From: an uncultured Thermoleophilia bacterium
Lineage (GTDB): Bacteria > Actinomycetota > Thermoleophilia > Gaiellales > Gaiellaceae
Length of the DNA: 64,000 nucleotides
Assembly: GCA_963774355.1 (NCBI GenBank)
Contig: CAVZER010000008.1
Coordinates: 28,930-92,929 of the forward strand
Direction: 5' to 3'
Part shown: piece by piece, positions 35,116 through 44,136 of the stretch
Numbering within the stretch: position 1 is the stretch's first letter
Layout: every line of letters starts with the position of its first letter
Notes under the pieces: generated by a model
Told to the model about the DNA's origin: nothing
The model's input: the letters and a program-made list of their open reading frames with translations, nothing else
Databases searched by the model: none
Translations under genes and position numbers: made by a program

Positions 35116-36126
35116 GTGGTCCGGATGTCTGTCACCTCCGAACCCAGCGAGACGTTCGCTCTGCCGATGTCAGAGACTGCATCTCCCCCCGTTCCTGCCG
35201 AGCAGACGGCCGGGAACGACGACGTGGTCAGCCCGGAGCTGGTGCTCGTCGATCCGGATTTGCGGGATCGGCTCGCCTCGCTTCCGCTCCCTGCGCCTGC
35301 CGTTGCACCGGCACACGCGGAGCCGGAGCCCGAGCCGGAGCCGGACCCCGAGCCGGAGCCGGAGCCGGCCCTGCGTGTCGCGCCACTGCCGCCCCCGCCC
35401 GAGCCCGAGCCCGTGCGCGCCGCACCCGAGCCGGTCGAGCCGCCCACCACTGCGCCGGTCCCGCATCGACGGAGGCGCCGTTTCGCGCTCGTCGTCGCAG
35501 CGCTCGCCGGTGCCGGGCTTGCGGCGGCGGCCACGATCGTCTTTCTTCCACGCGACAATTCCTCATCGTCGGGCGCTCGGGTGATCGACCCTGCGACCAC
35601 GGGGCACATCGGCCGGCCGGCCTCGTCGACACCGGCGCCTCCCGCCACCGTCACGGTCGCCCCGGCGACGACGGCGCCGGCGAGGCCGACGACCGCCCCG
35701 GCGAAGCACCGCACCTCGACCGTGCGCACGACACACGGACAGACGACCGCGGGAGCACCGCCGGTCGCGCCGACGACAACTAAACCGTCGACGCCGAAAC
35801 AGAAGCCCAAGCCCAAACCCAAACCGACTTCGACGAGCCCCTCCACGCCACCACCGCCGGCGTCCGCCACGACCCACGAGAAACTCGCCTGGGCACCGAC
35901 GGCCGGCGCCACCGCGTACGAGATGGAGCTCCTCAAGAACTCGAAGAGCGTCCTCCATGTGCGCACGCGCCAGACGAGCCTGATCATCGCCGTGCGGCGG
36001 ACCGGCGCGACAGGCCCGGCCGGCTCGGTGCCCCCGGGGAGCTACGAGTGGGTCGTGTGGCCGATCGTCGGCGGGCACCGGGGGCAGCCGACGGTCCGCT
36101 CGAAGCTGACCCTCCCCGGCCGCTGA
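35116..36126 (+). CDS. hypothetical Pro/Thr/Ala-rich single-pass membrane protein with (EP)8 and (KP)4 repeats
   Basis: 336-aa ORF. EPEPEPEPDPEPEPEP is encoded at 35320-35367, followed by a RRRRRFALVVAALAGAGLAAAATIVFL TM helix, KPKPKPKP, and a C-terminal ~90-aa globular region (YEMELLKNS...YEWVVWPIVGG). Confidence 0.6.
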   Translation: MVRMSVTSEPSETFALPMSETASPPVPAEQTAGNDDVVSPELVLVDPDLRDRLASLPLPAPAVAPAHAEPEPEPEPDPEPEPEPALRVAPLPPPPEPEPVRAAPEPVEPPTTAPVPHRRRRRFALVVAALAGAGLAAAATIVFLPRDNSSSSGARVIDPATTGHIGRPASSTPAPPATVTVAPATTAPARPTTAPAKHRTSTVRTTHGQTTAGAPPVAPTTTKPSTPKQKPKPKPKPTSTSPSTPPPPASATTHEKLAWAPTAGATAYEMELLKNSKSVLHVRTRQTSLIIAVRRTGATGPAGSVPPGSYEWVVWPIVGGHRGQPTVRSKLTLPGR

Positions 36127-36129
36127 GCG

Positions 36130-36711
36130 CTAGCCGGCGAGCTCGGCGATCCGCAGGGCTGCCCTGCGGAGGGCGGGCTCGTCGAACAGGTACGGCGTCG
36201 CGTTCGCGACGTCGTGCAGCGGCCGGTCGAGATCGGCGCTGCCGCCGGCCGCATTCATCGCGTAGCGCACCGGGATCTCGTGGCACGCCACGAGCGTCGT
36301 CGGCTCGTGCCGGTCGCACAGGCGCAGGAAGGCGGCGGCGTAGCGCCTCGCGGCGTCGTTGAGACTTTCCCCGCCCGGAAAGGCGACGTCACGGTCCAGG
36401 TGCGCCGACGACAGCCGGTAGTCGGCGAGCGAGCCGCCCTCGAGGCTGCCGATCCGCACGTCACCCAGGTCGGGATCGATCTCGGAGGGCACGTTCCGCC
36501 CGCCGAGCGCGATGTCGGCGGTCTGCCGCGCGCGGGGAAACGGCGAGACGACGAGCACGTCGATCGGCAGATGGGCGATCTGACCGGCGAGTTGCCTCGC
36601 CTGCTCGATCCCCCGCTCCGAGAGACCGCGGTCGAGCGCCGGATCCCCGTTGACGACGCCGTCGACGTTGAGCAGCGATTGGCCGTGGCGAACGATCACG
36701 AAGGTGCGCAC
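36130..36711 (-). CDS. histidine phosphatase (phosphoglycerate mutase-like) family protein
   Basis: IVRHGQSLLN (RHG motif) ...ERG...CHEIPVR. Confidence 0.85.
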   Translation of the reverse strand: MRTFVIVRHGQSLLNVDGVVNGDPALDRGLSERGIEQARQLAGQIAHLPIDVLVVSPFPRARQTADIALGGRNVPSEIDPDLGDVRIGSLEGGSLADYRLSSAHLDRDVAFPGGESLNDAARRYAAAFLRLCDRHEPTTLVACHEIPVRYAMNAAGGSADLDRPLHDVANATPYLFDEPALRRAALRIAELAG

Positions 36712-36767
36712 CGGCGGAGCCTACGAGAAGGACGAGGAGGAGCGCCGCCGCGGGAGAATCCGTTGGA

Positions 36768-37241
36768 ATGCCGTATCGCTCGTCACGGCTCTTCCGAGCT
36801 CAGTTCCGGCTGCTCGTCGATCTCAATCTCCTCGAAGCGGCGCAGGACCGGATGATGACGGAGAGCAAGGCCGGCCACCGCTTCCGTGCGCGGCGCGCGC
36901 GACGGGACGTGGTCGAGCTCAGGAAGGAGATCGACGCGCAACGGTTCGTGATCGCGGAGTGGAAGCCGCGGGCGCTCGACGAGGGCGAGCTCCTGACCCG
37001 CCTGCAGCCACTCCTCGCGGTGCCGCTGCCGCTGCCGCCGGCATCACCTCGCGCGCGCCGTGCCCCGGTCTCGGAGCAACTGCTCGCCTGGCTCGTCCTG
37101 TTGGCGGCAGGTGTCGCCTGGGCCTACGCGTTCGCCAGCATCGCCGCCAACGGGATCGACGATCGGCCGTCGCTGATCGTCGCCCAGATCTGCGCGATCG
37201 TTCTCTCGCCGATCGCGATCGCGCTCTTCGGTCGCCGCTGA
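36768..37241 (+). CDS. hypothetical membrane protein (157 aa)
   Basis: ORF with a charged N-terminal half and two C-terminal TM helices. Confidence 0.5.
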   Translation: MPYRSSRLFRAQFRLLVDLNLLEAAQDRMMTESKAGHRFRARRARRDVVELRKEIDAQRFVIAEWKPRALDEGELLTRLQPLLAVPLPLPPASPRARRAPVSEQLLAWLVLLAAGVAWAYAFASIAANGIDDRPSLIVAQICAIVLSPIAIALFGRR

Positions 37242-37274
37242 CGGTCGTTCCGCGCAGCCTGGAATAGTCTCGAT

Positions 37275-39458
37275 GTGACCGCAAGCGCGCAGGCACTGGC
37301 GCCGCCGTCGGCGTCGACGCGCGTCGGGCCCGTCTTCGGCGCGCTGATGCTCGTGATGCTGATGGCGTCGCTCGACTCGACGATCGTGTCGACGGCACTA
37401 CCGACGATCGCGGGCAGCCTCGGCGGGATCGACAAGCTGTTCTGGGTCGTCACCGCGTACCTGCTCACGTCGACGATCACGACGCCGGTCGCAGGAAAGC
37501 TCGGCGACATGTACGGGCGGAAGCTCGTGCTGCAGGTCGCCCTGATCGTCTTCCTCACGGGGTCGGCGCTGTGCGGGCTCAGCCGTGACATGCCGGAGCT
37601 GATCGCGTTCCGCGGCATCCAGGGCCTCGGCGGCGGCGCGTTGTTGGTGAGCACCCAGGCCGTCATCGGCGACGTCGTCTCCCCGCGGGAGCGCGGGCGG
37701 TACTCGGGGCTGATGGGCGCCGTCTTCGGCATCTCGACCGTGATCGGGCCGCTGATCGGCGGTCTGTTCGTCGATCACCTGTCGTGGCGCTGGATCTTCT
37801 ACGTCAACATCCCGATCGGCGTCGTCGCGTTCATCGTGCTGCAGATCGTGCTCGCGACGCCGACCGTTCGCGTCAAGAGGACGATCGATTACCTCGGCAT
37901 GGCGCTGCTCGCAGGCGGACTGACGTCGATCGTGCTCTACACCAGCCTCGGCGGGTCGACCTACGCGTGGTGGTCCTGGCAGATGCTCGCGCTGCTGGTA
38001 CTGAGCGTCGTGCTGTCGGTCGGGTTCGTGGTCGCCGAACACCGCTCCGACGAGCCGACGCTGCCACTCTCGCTGTTCTCGAACCGTGTCTTCACGGTCT
38101 CGAGCATCGTCGGCTTCATCGTCGGCGTCGCGCTGTTCGGGTCGGTGACCTATATCCCGCTCTACCTACAGGTCGTGCGAGGGGCGAGCCCGACCGAGTC
38201 CGGCCTGCAGATGCTGCCGTTGATGGTGGGGGTGTTGATTGCGTCGATCGGCAGCGGGCAGTTGATCTCCCGTGTCGGCCGCTACAAGGTCTTCCCGATC
38301 ATCGGCACCGGTCTGATGGTCGTCGGCCTCCTGCTTCTGTCGCGTCTCACGCCGGGAACCTCGACGCTGCTCGCCGACCTCTACATGCTCGTCCTCGGCT
38401 TCGGCCTCGGCTTCGTCATGCAGGTGCTGATCCTGGCGGTCCAGAACGCCGCCGACTACCGCGACCTCGGCGTCGCCACCGCGAGCGCGACGCTCTTCCG
38501 GTCGATGGGCGGAACGATCGGCGTGCCGATCTTCGGCGCGATCTTCACGAACCAGTTCGCGAACAAGCTCGCCTCCCACCTCCCTCCCGGCGCGGCGGGC
38601 CAGCTGCCGTCGCACCTCGGCCCCGAGCAAATCGGGAAGCTTCCGCCGGCGATCCGCGACCCCTACATCGACGCATATGCCTCGGCACTCCACCCGGTCT
38701 TCCTGATCGCTGCGTTCCTCGCAGTCGCTGCGTTCGCGTTCACCTGGTTGCTCGAGGAACGGCCGCTGCGCCAGACGGTCGCCGATCAGGGAATCGGCGA
38801 CAGCTTCGCGTCGCCTCGGGACGCAAGCTCACTCGACGAGCTCGAAGCGCGGCTGAGCTCGCTCGCGCGCCGCGAGAACCGCCACGTCGTGTACGAGCGC
38901 CTCGCGAGCGCGGCGGAGATCGACGTCACGCCGGGTGAGGCCTGGCTGCTCCTGCGGATCGACCAGGTCGACGCCGTCACCGCAGACGAGCTGGCCGCGC
39001 GCTACAAGCTGCAGCCGGATGCGGTCGCGTCGCTGCTCGCCGACCTCGGTACACACGGTCTGGTCGAGGGCGCACCGGGCGTGCGGCTGACCGAGCGCGG
39101 ACACCAGGCGGTTCAGAAGATGGACGAGGCGCGGCAAGAGGCGCTCCAGCGCCTCCTCGAGGACTGGCAGCCCGAGCAGCACGCAGAGGTGCTTCAGCTA
39201 CTCGAGCGGTTCACACGCTCGCTGCGGGGGACCCCACGGCCGCCCGGCGATACGCGGCCTCCCGCGGCATACGCCCGGTCGGGCGAGGGCGCCGTTCAGG
39301 GAGCGTGCGCCCAGTCCGCTCCGACGTGCTCGAGGATCGACATGAGGAGCGCGAAGGAGTGCATGACGTGCTCGTGCGCGAGCCCGCGCGCGCCCGCGAC
39401 CGACCCGGCGACGAGCGCCTGCCGGATCGCGGCGTGCTCCGCCTGGTTGCGTGCGTAG
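37275..39458 (+). CDS. DHA2-type MFS transporter fused to a C-terminal MarR-like winged-helix domain
   Basis: [22 protein letters not shown]...[10 protein letters not shown] and about 14 TM helices. After about residue 500 comes [49 protein letters not shown]...[20 protein letters not shown]. The last ~160 nt overlap the convergent GntR gene. Confidence 0.8.
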   Translation: MTASAQALAPPSASTRVGPVFGALMLVMLMASLDSTIVSTALPTIAGSLGGIDKLFWVVTAYLLTSTITTPVAGKLGDMYGRKLVLQVALIVFLTGSALCGLSRDMPELIAFRGIQGLGGGALLVSTQAVIGDVVSPRERGRYSGLMGAVFGISTVIGPLIGGLFVDHLSWRWIFYVNIPIGVVAFIVLQIVLATPTVRVKRTIDYLGMALLAGGLTSIVLYTSLGGSTYAWWSWQMLALLVLSVVLSVGFVVAEHRSDEPTLPLSLFSNRVFTVSSIVGFIVGVALFGSVTYIPLYLQVVRGASPTESGLQMLPLMVGVLIASIGSGQLISRVGRYKVFPIIGTGLMVVGLLLLSRLTPGTSTLLADLYMLVLGFGLGFVMQVLILAVQNAADYRDLGVATASATLFRSMGGTIGVPIFGAIFTNQFANKLASHLPPGAAGQLPSHLGPEQIGKLPPAIRDPYIDAYASALHPVFLIAAFLAVAAFAFTWLLEERPLRQTVADQGIGDSFASPRDASSLDELEARLSSLARRENRHVVYERLASAAEIDVTPGEAWLLLRIDQVDAVTADELAARYKLQPDAVASLLADLGTHGLVEGAPGVRLTERGHQAVQKMDEARQEALQRLLEDWQPEQHAEVLQLLERFTRSLRGTPRPPGDTRPPAAYARSGEGAVQGACAQSAPTCSRIDMRSAKECMTCSCASPRAPATDPATSACRIAACSAWLRA

Positions 39459-40012
39459 AGACGGTCGAGCTCCTCGTCGACCGGGGCCCAGACGGCGGGG
39501 CCCGAGAACGTGCGCCGCGAACCCTTCGCGATCGCCTCGATGTACGGCACGTCGGCCGCGCGGTAGATGACGTCGTGAAAGGCGTGGTTCGCGCGCATCC
39601 AGTTGGCCATCAACGAGCGCCGGTCGCCGCCGGGCTCGCGCGAGCGCAGCTCCTTGGTCAACCGAGCGAAGCGCTGCTCGCAGGAATGGAGCTCCGCCAG
39701 GCCTTCGGCGGTGAGCTTCGGCGCGGCGATCTCCGTGACGAGAGCCTCGAGCTCGGCCCGGACGAGGAACGCCTGCTCGAGCTCGTCGTGGGAGAGCGTT
39801 CGGACACGCACGCCCCGGTTGGGCACGAAGGAGACGAGGCCGAGCGCAGCGAGGCGGCGGAGCGCCTCGCGGACCGGCGTACGCGAGACGCCGAACTGCT
39901 CGGAGAGCTGCTCCTGCCGCAAGACCGATCCCGGCTCGAGCTCTCCCGAGACGATCGCTTCCTCGATGAAGACGGCGATGTCGTCGGCCTTGGTGCTGTC
40001 GCTCACGTGCAC
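39296..40012 (-). CDS. GntR-family transcriptional regulator (FadR/FCD subfamily)
   Basis: [30 protein letters not shown] wHTH plus a helical FCD domain. Lies immediately upstream of aceA on the same strand. Confidence 0.85.
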   Translation of the reverse strand: MHVSDSTKADDIAVFIEEAIVSGELEPGSVLRQEQLSEQFGVSRTPVREALRRLAALGLVSFVPNRGVRVRTLSHDELEQAFLVRAELEALVTEIAAPKLTAEGLAELHSCEQRFARLTKELRSREPGGDRRSLMANWMRANHAFHDVIYRAADVPYIEAIAKGSRRTFSGPAVWAPVDEELDRLYARNQAEHAAIRQALVAGSVAGARGLAHEHVMHSFALLMSILEHVGADWAHAP

Positions 40013-40040
40013 CGATCGTACGCCTCGCGTCCCCTGCGGC

Positions 40041-41330
40041 CTATCCGAATTGCGCCTCCTCGGTGGAGCCGAGCAGGGCGAGCGTGGAGCTGTCGCCTCC
40101 CGAGAGCGCCGTCATCACCTGGTCGAAGTAGCCCGCGCCGACCTCGTGTTGATGACGCGTCGCCGTGTAGCCGCTCGACTCGAGCGCGAACTCGCGCTCC
40201 TGCAGCTCCACGTACGCACCCATCCCACGCTCGCGGTAGCCGCGGGCCAGATGGAACATCCCGGCGTTCAGCGAGTGGAAGCCCGCCAGCGTGATGAACT
40301 GGAAGCGGTACCCGAAGGAGGCGAGCCGCTGCTGGAACGACGCGATCTCGGCGTCGTCGAGGTGCTCCCGCCAGTTGAACGACGGCGAGCAGTTGTAGGC
40401 GAGCAGCTTGCGCGGGTGACGCTCGTGGATCGCGGCCGCGAAGGTCTCGGCCTCGCCGAGGTCGGGCGTCGAGGTCTCGAACCAGATCAGGTCCGCATAC
40501 GGCTCGTACGCAAGCCCTCGCGCGATCGCCGAGCTCAGCCCGTCTTGCACGCGGAAGAAGCCCTCGCTCGTCCGCTCGCCGGTCACGAACCCGGCATCGA
40601 CCTCGTCGATGTCGCTGGTGAGGAGCGTGGCGCTGAGCGCGTCGGTGCGGGCGACGAGCACGGCCGGCACGTCGAGGACGTCGGCCGCAAGTCGCGCCGC
40701 GCTCAGCGTCCGGATGAACTGCGACGTGGGAACGAGCACCTTCCCGCCGAGGTGACCGCACTTCTTCTCGGCCGCGAGCTGATCCTCGAAGTGGACGCCC
40801 GCTGCGCCGGCCTCGATCAGCGAGCGCATCAGCTCGAACGCGTTCAACGCGCCGCCGAACCCCGCCTCGGCGTCGGCGACGATCGGCGCGAACCAGTCGA
40901 CGTCCTCACGCCCCTCGGCCCAGTCGATCTGATCGGCGCGCTGCAGGGCCGCGTTCAGCCGCCGCACGAGCGCCGGGACCGAGTTCGCCGGATACAGGCT
41001 CTGGTCGGGATACGTCGCTCCGGCCAGGTTCGCGTCCGCGGCCACCTGCCACCCCGACACGTAGATCGCCTCGAGCCCGGCGCGCACCATCTGCACCGCC
41101 TGGCCGCCGGTGAGCGCCCCGAGCGCCGCGACGTAGTCCTGGCCGGTGAGAAGCCGCCAGAGCCGCTCGGCGCCGATCCGCGCAACGGTGTTCTCGGGGA
41201 CAACCGAGCCGCGCAGCCGCACGACGTCCTCGGCCGTGTAGTTCCGCTCGATCCCCGACCAGCGCTCGTCGTCGCGCCACTGCTCGTCGAGCCGGCGAAC
41301 CTGCTCGTGCCTAGTCGACGTCATGGTCAC
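40041..41330 (-). CDS. aceA: isocitrate lyase
   Basis: 429 aa; the KKCGHLGGK catalytic motif, [10 protein letters not shown] and NCSPSFNW. Start is GTG 41330 or ATG 41324. Confidence 0.95.
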   Translation of the reverse strand: MTMTSTRHEQVRRLDEQWRDDERWSGIERNYTAEDVVRLRGSVVPENTVARIGAERLWRLLTGQDYVAALGALTGGQAVQMVRAGLEAIYVSGWQVAADANLAGATYPDQSLYPANSVPALVRRLNAALQRADQIDWAEGREDVDWFAPIVADAEAGFGGALNAFELMRSLIEAGAAGVHFEDQLAAEKKCGHLGGKVLVPTSQFIRTLSAARLAADVLDVPAVLVARTDALSATLLTSDIDEVDAGFVTGERTSEGFFRVQDGLSSAIARGLAYEPYADLIWFETSTPDLGEAETFAAAIHERHPRKLLAYNCSPSFNWREHLDDAEIASFQQRLASFGYRFQFITLAGFHSLNAGMFHLARGYRERGMGAYVELQEREFALESSGYTATRHQHEVGAGYFDQVMTALSGGDSSTLALLGSTEEAQFG

Positions 41331-41508
41331 GTTCGCAGAACTCGGGGCACGTGCACTCCGCCACTTCCGCCGTCGTCAGGACCAGGTGCCGGTCGGCGAC
41401 TGCGACCGGTCGAATGCGCGGCGTCCGTAGAGGACGCCCGCCGAGCGCGCGGCCGCCGCTCCCAGGGGTCGGCGCGAGCCGAGGCGCGTGCTGTAACGGC
41501 GCGGTCAT
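41311..41508 (-). CDS. hypothetical small protein with a C-terminal CxCPxxCxxDH motif (65 aa or shorter)
   Basis: The ORF is ATGA-coupled to the upstream gene and overlaps the aceA start by 20 nt. It ends ...[21 protein letters not shown] and has GC3-rich codons. Confidence 0.4.
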   Translation of the reverse strand: MTAPLQHAPRLAPTPGSGGRALGGRPLRTPRIRPVAVADRHLVLTTAEVAECTCPEFCERDHDVD

Positions 41509-41786
41509 CCCGCTGCCGGCCGGAGCACGAAGCTCGTGGGCCCGATCTGCTCAGGAACGAGCGACCGTCCTTCGGTCAGCACCAGGCTGTCGAGCGCTGC
41601 GGAGACGCGCCGGCCGAGCGAAAGGGGCTCCGCCCCGCCCGGCACCTGAAGCTCGAAGCAGGAGCCCGTGGTGACGACCGAGCCGTCGACCCCCTGCTGC
41701 GCGAGCGAGCTCATGAGCCGCTCGGTGACGATCGTCGGCATCGCCTGGATCCGAATGACCGTTGCAATGACGCGCGAATCGGGCAT
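41505..41786 (-). CDS. hypothetical protein (93 aa)
   Basis: ATG at 41786 preceded by AAGAGGAGG 5 nt upstream. No family recognised. Confidence 0.5.
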   Translation of the reverse strand: MPDSRVIATVIRIQAMPTIVTERLMSSLAQQGVDGSVVTTGSCFELQVPGGAEPLSLGRRVSAALDSLVLTEGRSLVPEQIGPTSFVLRPAAG

Positions 41787-41800
41787 GACAGCCTCCTCTT

Positions 41801-41913
41801 GGATCCCGTTGTTCATCATCTGGGATCCTAACAGCATCGCTTCAAAAGGTAAAGCCTGCTGTTTGAGCCATTTAGCGGACATTGCTGGATCCAAGTTGGA
41901 TGGAGCAGGATCC
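41801..41913. promoter_or_regulatory. cluster of four GGATCC palindromes in a divergent promoter region
   Basis: GGATCC at 41801, 41823, 41887 and 41908 in a TGGATCC-like context. The two pairs are spaced 22 and 21 nt. The site is AT-poorer than the local lower-GC spacer around it. Confidence 0.45.
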
Positions 41914-42005
41914 GGGGGCAGTTGCGGCAAATCGTCCTCGAGGACGACGCGAGGATCGTTCTCGCTCCCGTTTTGCGGACGCGGCGCGGCCCCTAGCTTG
42001 AGGGG

Positions 42006-43403
42006 ATGCTGGGCGGGGACGGTGAGCGGCAGCGAGCGCGATCGGCGGCGGTCCTCGCGATCTGGCTTGCGGCCGCCGCCCTGCCGCTGATCGGGCTCGT
42101 CTCGCTGCTCCTGCGCTCGCAGTTCGACCCGCACTTCGAGAACTACCGCGCCCACTTCGTGATCTTCGGAGCGGTCGGCGCCCTGGCGTTCGTTCTCGGC
42201 TACACGGCCGGCGAGGCGGCCAAACGACGTGGCGATGCCCGCGTGTTGCTCCTCTCGCTCGCGTTCATGGCGACCGGCGGCTTCATCGGTCTACACGCGT
42301 TCGGAACGGCGGGCGTGCTCTTCACCAAGGAGCACGCCGGCTTCCAGGTCGCGATCCCGGTGGGACTGCTCGTGAGCGCGATGTTCGCGTTCGGGTCGGC
42401 GTTCGTCGACGTCCACCCCGCGATCGGGCCGTCGATCGTTCGGCATCGGACGCTCCTACGCGGATTCGTGCTCTCGGCGATGGCAGTGTGGTTCGTGTGG
42501 ACGGTCATCGACCTGCCGCCGCTGCGCGCGCCCGACAGCGAGGCGGCGCGCGGGAGCCTGCTTGCCGTGCTGGCGATCGTCGGCACCACTGTCTACGCGG
42601 CCAGCGCCGCGCGCTACTGGAAGATCTTCCGCCACGACCGCCAGGTGCTACCGGTCGCCGTGATCGCATGCTTCCTGCTCCTGTCGGAGGCGATGATCGG
42701 GGTCGCATTGACCGGCGAACGCAAGTGGCATGCGAGCTGGTGGGAATGGCACGGCCTGATCGTCACGGCGTACCTGATCATCGGCTTCGCCGCTCGCCGG
42801 GAGTGGCGCGACGAGCGCTTCCGCCATCTCTACCTCCCCACCACTCGCGAACGGAGCCAGAACATCAGCGTCCTCTTCGGCGATCTCGTCGGGTTCACGC
42901 AGTTCTCCGAGCGATCGACACCTGCCGAGGCCGCCGCGGTGCTCAACACCTACTGGGGCGCAGCCGCGCCGTTGATCACGCGTCAGTTCGGCGGCGAGCT
43001 GGAGAAGTTCATCGGCGACAGCATCGCCGCCACGTTCAACAGCCGCGGCGACCAACCCGATCACGCGCTGAGAGCGGCGCGAGCAGCGCTGGCGCTGCAG
43101 GCGAAGCTCGGCGCGCTTGCCAAGGAGCATCCAGAGTGGCCGCAGCTCCGTGTGGGCGTGAACAGCGGCGAAGCGGTGCTGCGGGAGATCGGAGGCGACG
43201 GCCATGTCGCGTATCCGCTCGTCGGCGACACGATCAACACCGGCTCGAGGCTCGAGAGCCTGGCGCCCGCCGGCGGCGTGCTCATCGGCCCGGGGACGTA
43301 CGACCAGCTGCCCGACGGTGCGGTCGTGGAGGCGAAGACCGGGCTGCGGATCAAGGGCAAGACCGACGTCGTCCACGCGTACGTGCTGCTCGCGCTGCCC
43401 TGA
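42006..43403 (+). CDS. membrane-anchored class III adenylate/guanylate cyclase
   Basis: Six or seven N-terminal TM helices, then VLFGDLVGFTQFSE...EKFIGDSIAATF...VGDTINTGSRLES cyclase homology domain. Confidence 0.85.
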   Translation: MLGGDGERQRARSAAVLAIWLAAAALPLIGLVSLLLRSQFDPHFENYRAHFVIFGAVGALAFVLGYTAGEAAKRRGDARVLLLSLAFMATGGFIGLHAFGTAGVLFTKEHAGFQVAIPVGLLVSAMFAFGSAFVDVHPAIGPSIVRHRTLLRGFVLSAMAVWFVWTVIDLPPLRAPDSEAARGSLLAVLAIVGTTVYAASAARYWKIFRHDRQVLPVAVIACFLLLSEAMIGVALTGERKWHASWWEWHGLIVTAYLIIGFAARREWRDERFRHLYLPTTRERSQNISVLFGDLVGFTQFSERSTPAEAAAVLNTYWGAAAPLITRQFGGELEKFIGDSIAATFNSRGDQPDHALRAARAALALQAKLGALAKEHPEWPQLRVGVNSGEAVLREIGGDGHVAYPLVGDTINTGSRLESLAPAGGVLIGPGTYDQLPDGAVVEAKTGLRIKGKTDVVHAYVLLALP

Positions 43404-43528
43404 CAAACCGCGAGAGGGGATTGCATCGCGGCGAGATCGAGCTTAAGTGAGATACAGCGTGCCCTCAATGACACGCTCGGAGGGGGTGGCCCCAGCTGCC
43501 GCCGCACCGGGGGCCGCCCTCTTCCATC

Positions 43529-44113
43529 TCATCGAGAGCGGCGGAGCAGGTTGAGGCCGGGAACGAGCCGCGGCACGCGGTCGCGGTAGCGCGGGTATTC
43601 GTCGGGGAACGTCTTCGTCATCAGGCGCTCCTCGACCGGGATCCTCGTCGCCAGGACGACGACACCCACCACGAGGAACGCCAGGGCGGGACCGAGACCG
43701 TTCAGCAGGACGCTGCCGAGCAGCATGCCGAAGAGACCGGTGTAGATCGGATGGCGCGTGACGCCGTAGGCGCCGTCGGTTCGCAGCTCGTGGCCCGCCC
43801 TGAGCATGTTCGGCGTCGCCGACCACATCCGCCCGATCGACACGCGAGCCCACAGCGTGAACATCGTCGAGGCGAGCAGCAGAACGAGCCCCGAGAGCTC
43901 GACCCACAAGGAGTGGCTGGCAAGCCGCTGCAGGTCGTGCCGCGCGAATCGAACCAGCCCAACTACGACGATCGCCGCCGCAACACGCCAGAGCGCGTCG
44001 GTGCTCGAGCCCTGGCGTTGCGCACGGGGGCCCCGTGCTCCGTAGACGGCGCCGGCGATCCAGACCACGATCACGACGCCCCAGCAGATCGCGGTCGCAA
44101 CGACGGGCCACAT
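43529..44113 (-). CDS. isoprenylcysteine carboxyl methyltransferase (ICMT/Ste14-like) family membrane protein
   Basis: ATG at 44113. LRTDGAYGVTRHPIYTGLFGMLLG...EERLMTKTFPDEYPRYRDRVPRLVP is the family signature. Confidence 0.8.
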   Translation of the reverse strand: MWPVVATAICWGVVIVVWIAGAVYGARGPRAQRQGSSTDALWRVAAAIVVVGLVRFARHDLQRLASHSLWVELSGLVLLLASTMFTLWARVSIGRMWSATPNMLRAGHELRTDGAYGVTRHPIYTGLFGMLLGSVLLNGLGPALAFLVVGVVVLATRIPVEERLMTKTFPDEYPRYRDRVPRLVPGLNLLRRSR

Positions 44114-44136
44114 GCCCTGACGGTATTCCTTGTCGG

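Noticed and set aside
35320-35367. The (GAGCCG)n tract and the nearby (AAGCCC)n tract as non-coding microsatellites.
   Set aside because: Both are in frame within a long GC3-rich ORF and encode (EP)8 and (KP)4 low-complexity linkers. They are noted under the CDS instead.
39296-39458. Convergent 3' overlaps as additional frameshift errors: MFS/GntR 163 nt, TrmH/methyltransferase 73 nt and M48/NUDIX 62 nt.
   Set aside because: For the MFS/GntR junction I checked all three frames and none has an earlier stop, so the overlap follows from the sequence rather than from a demonstrable indel. For the other two, the family motifs are complete before the overlap begins, although their tails may be non-functional.
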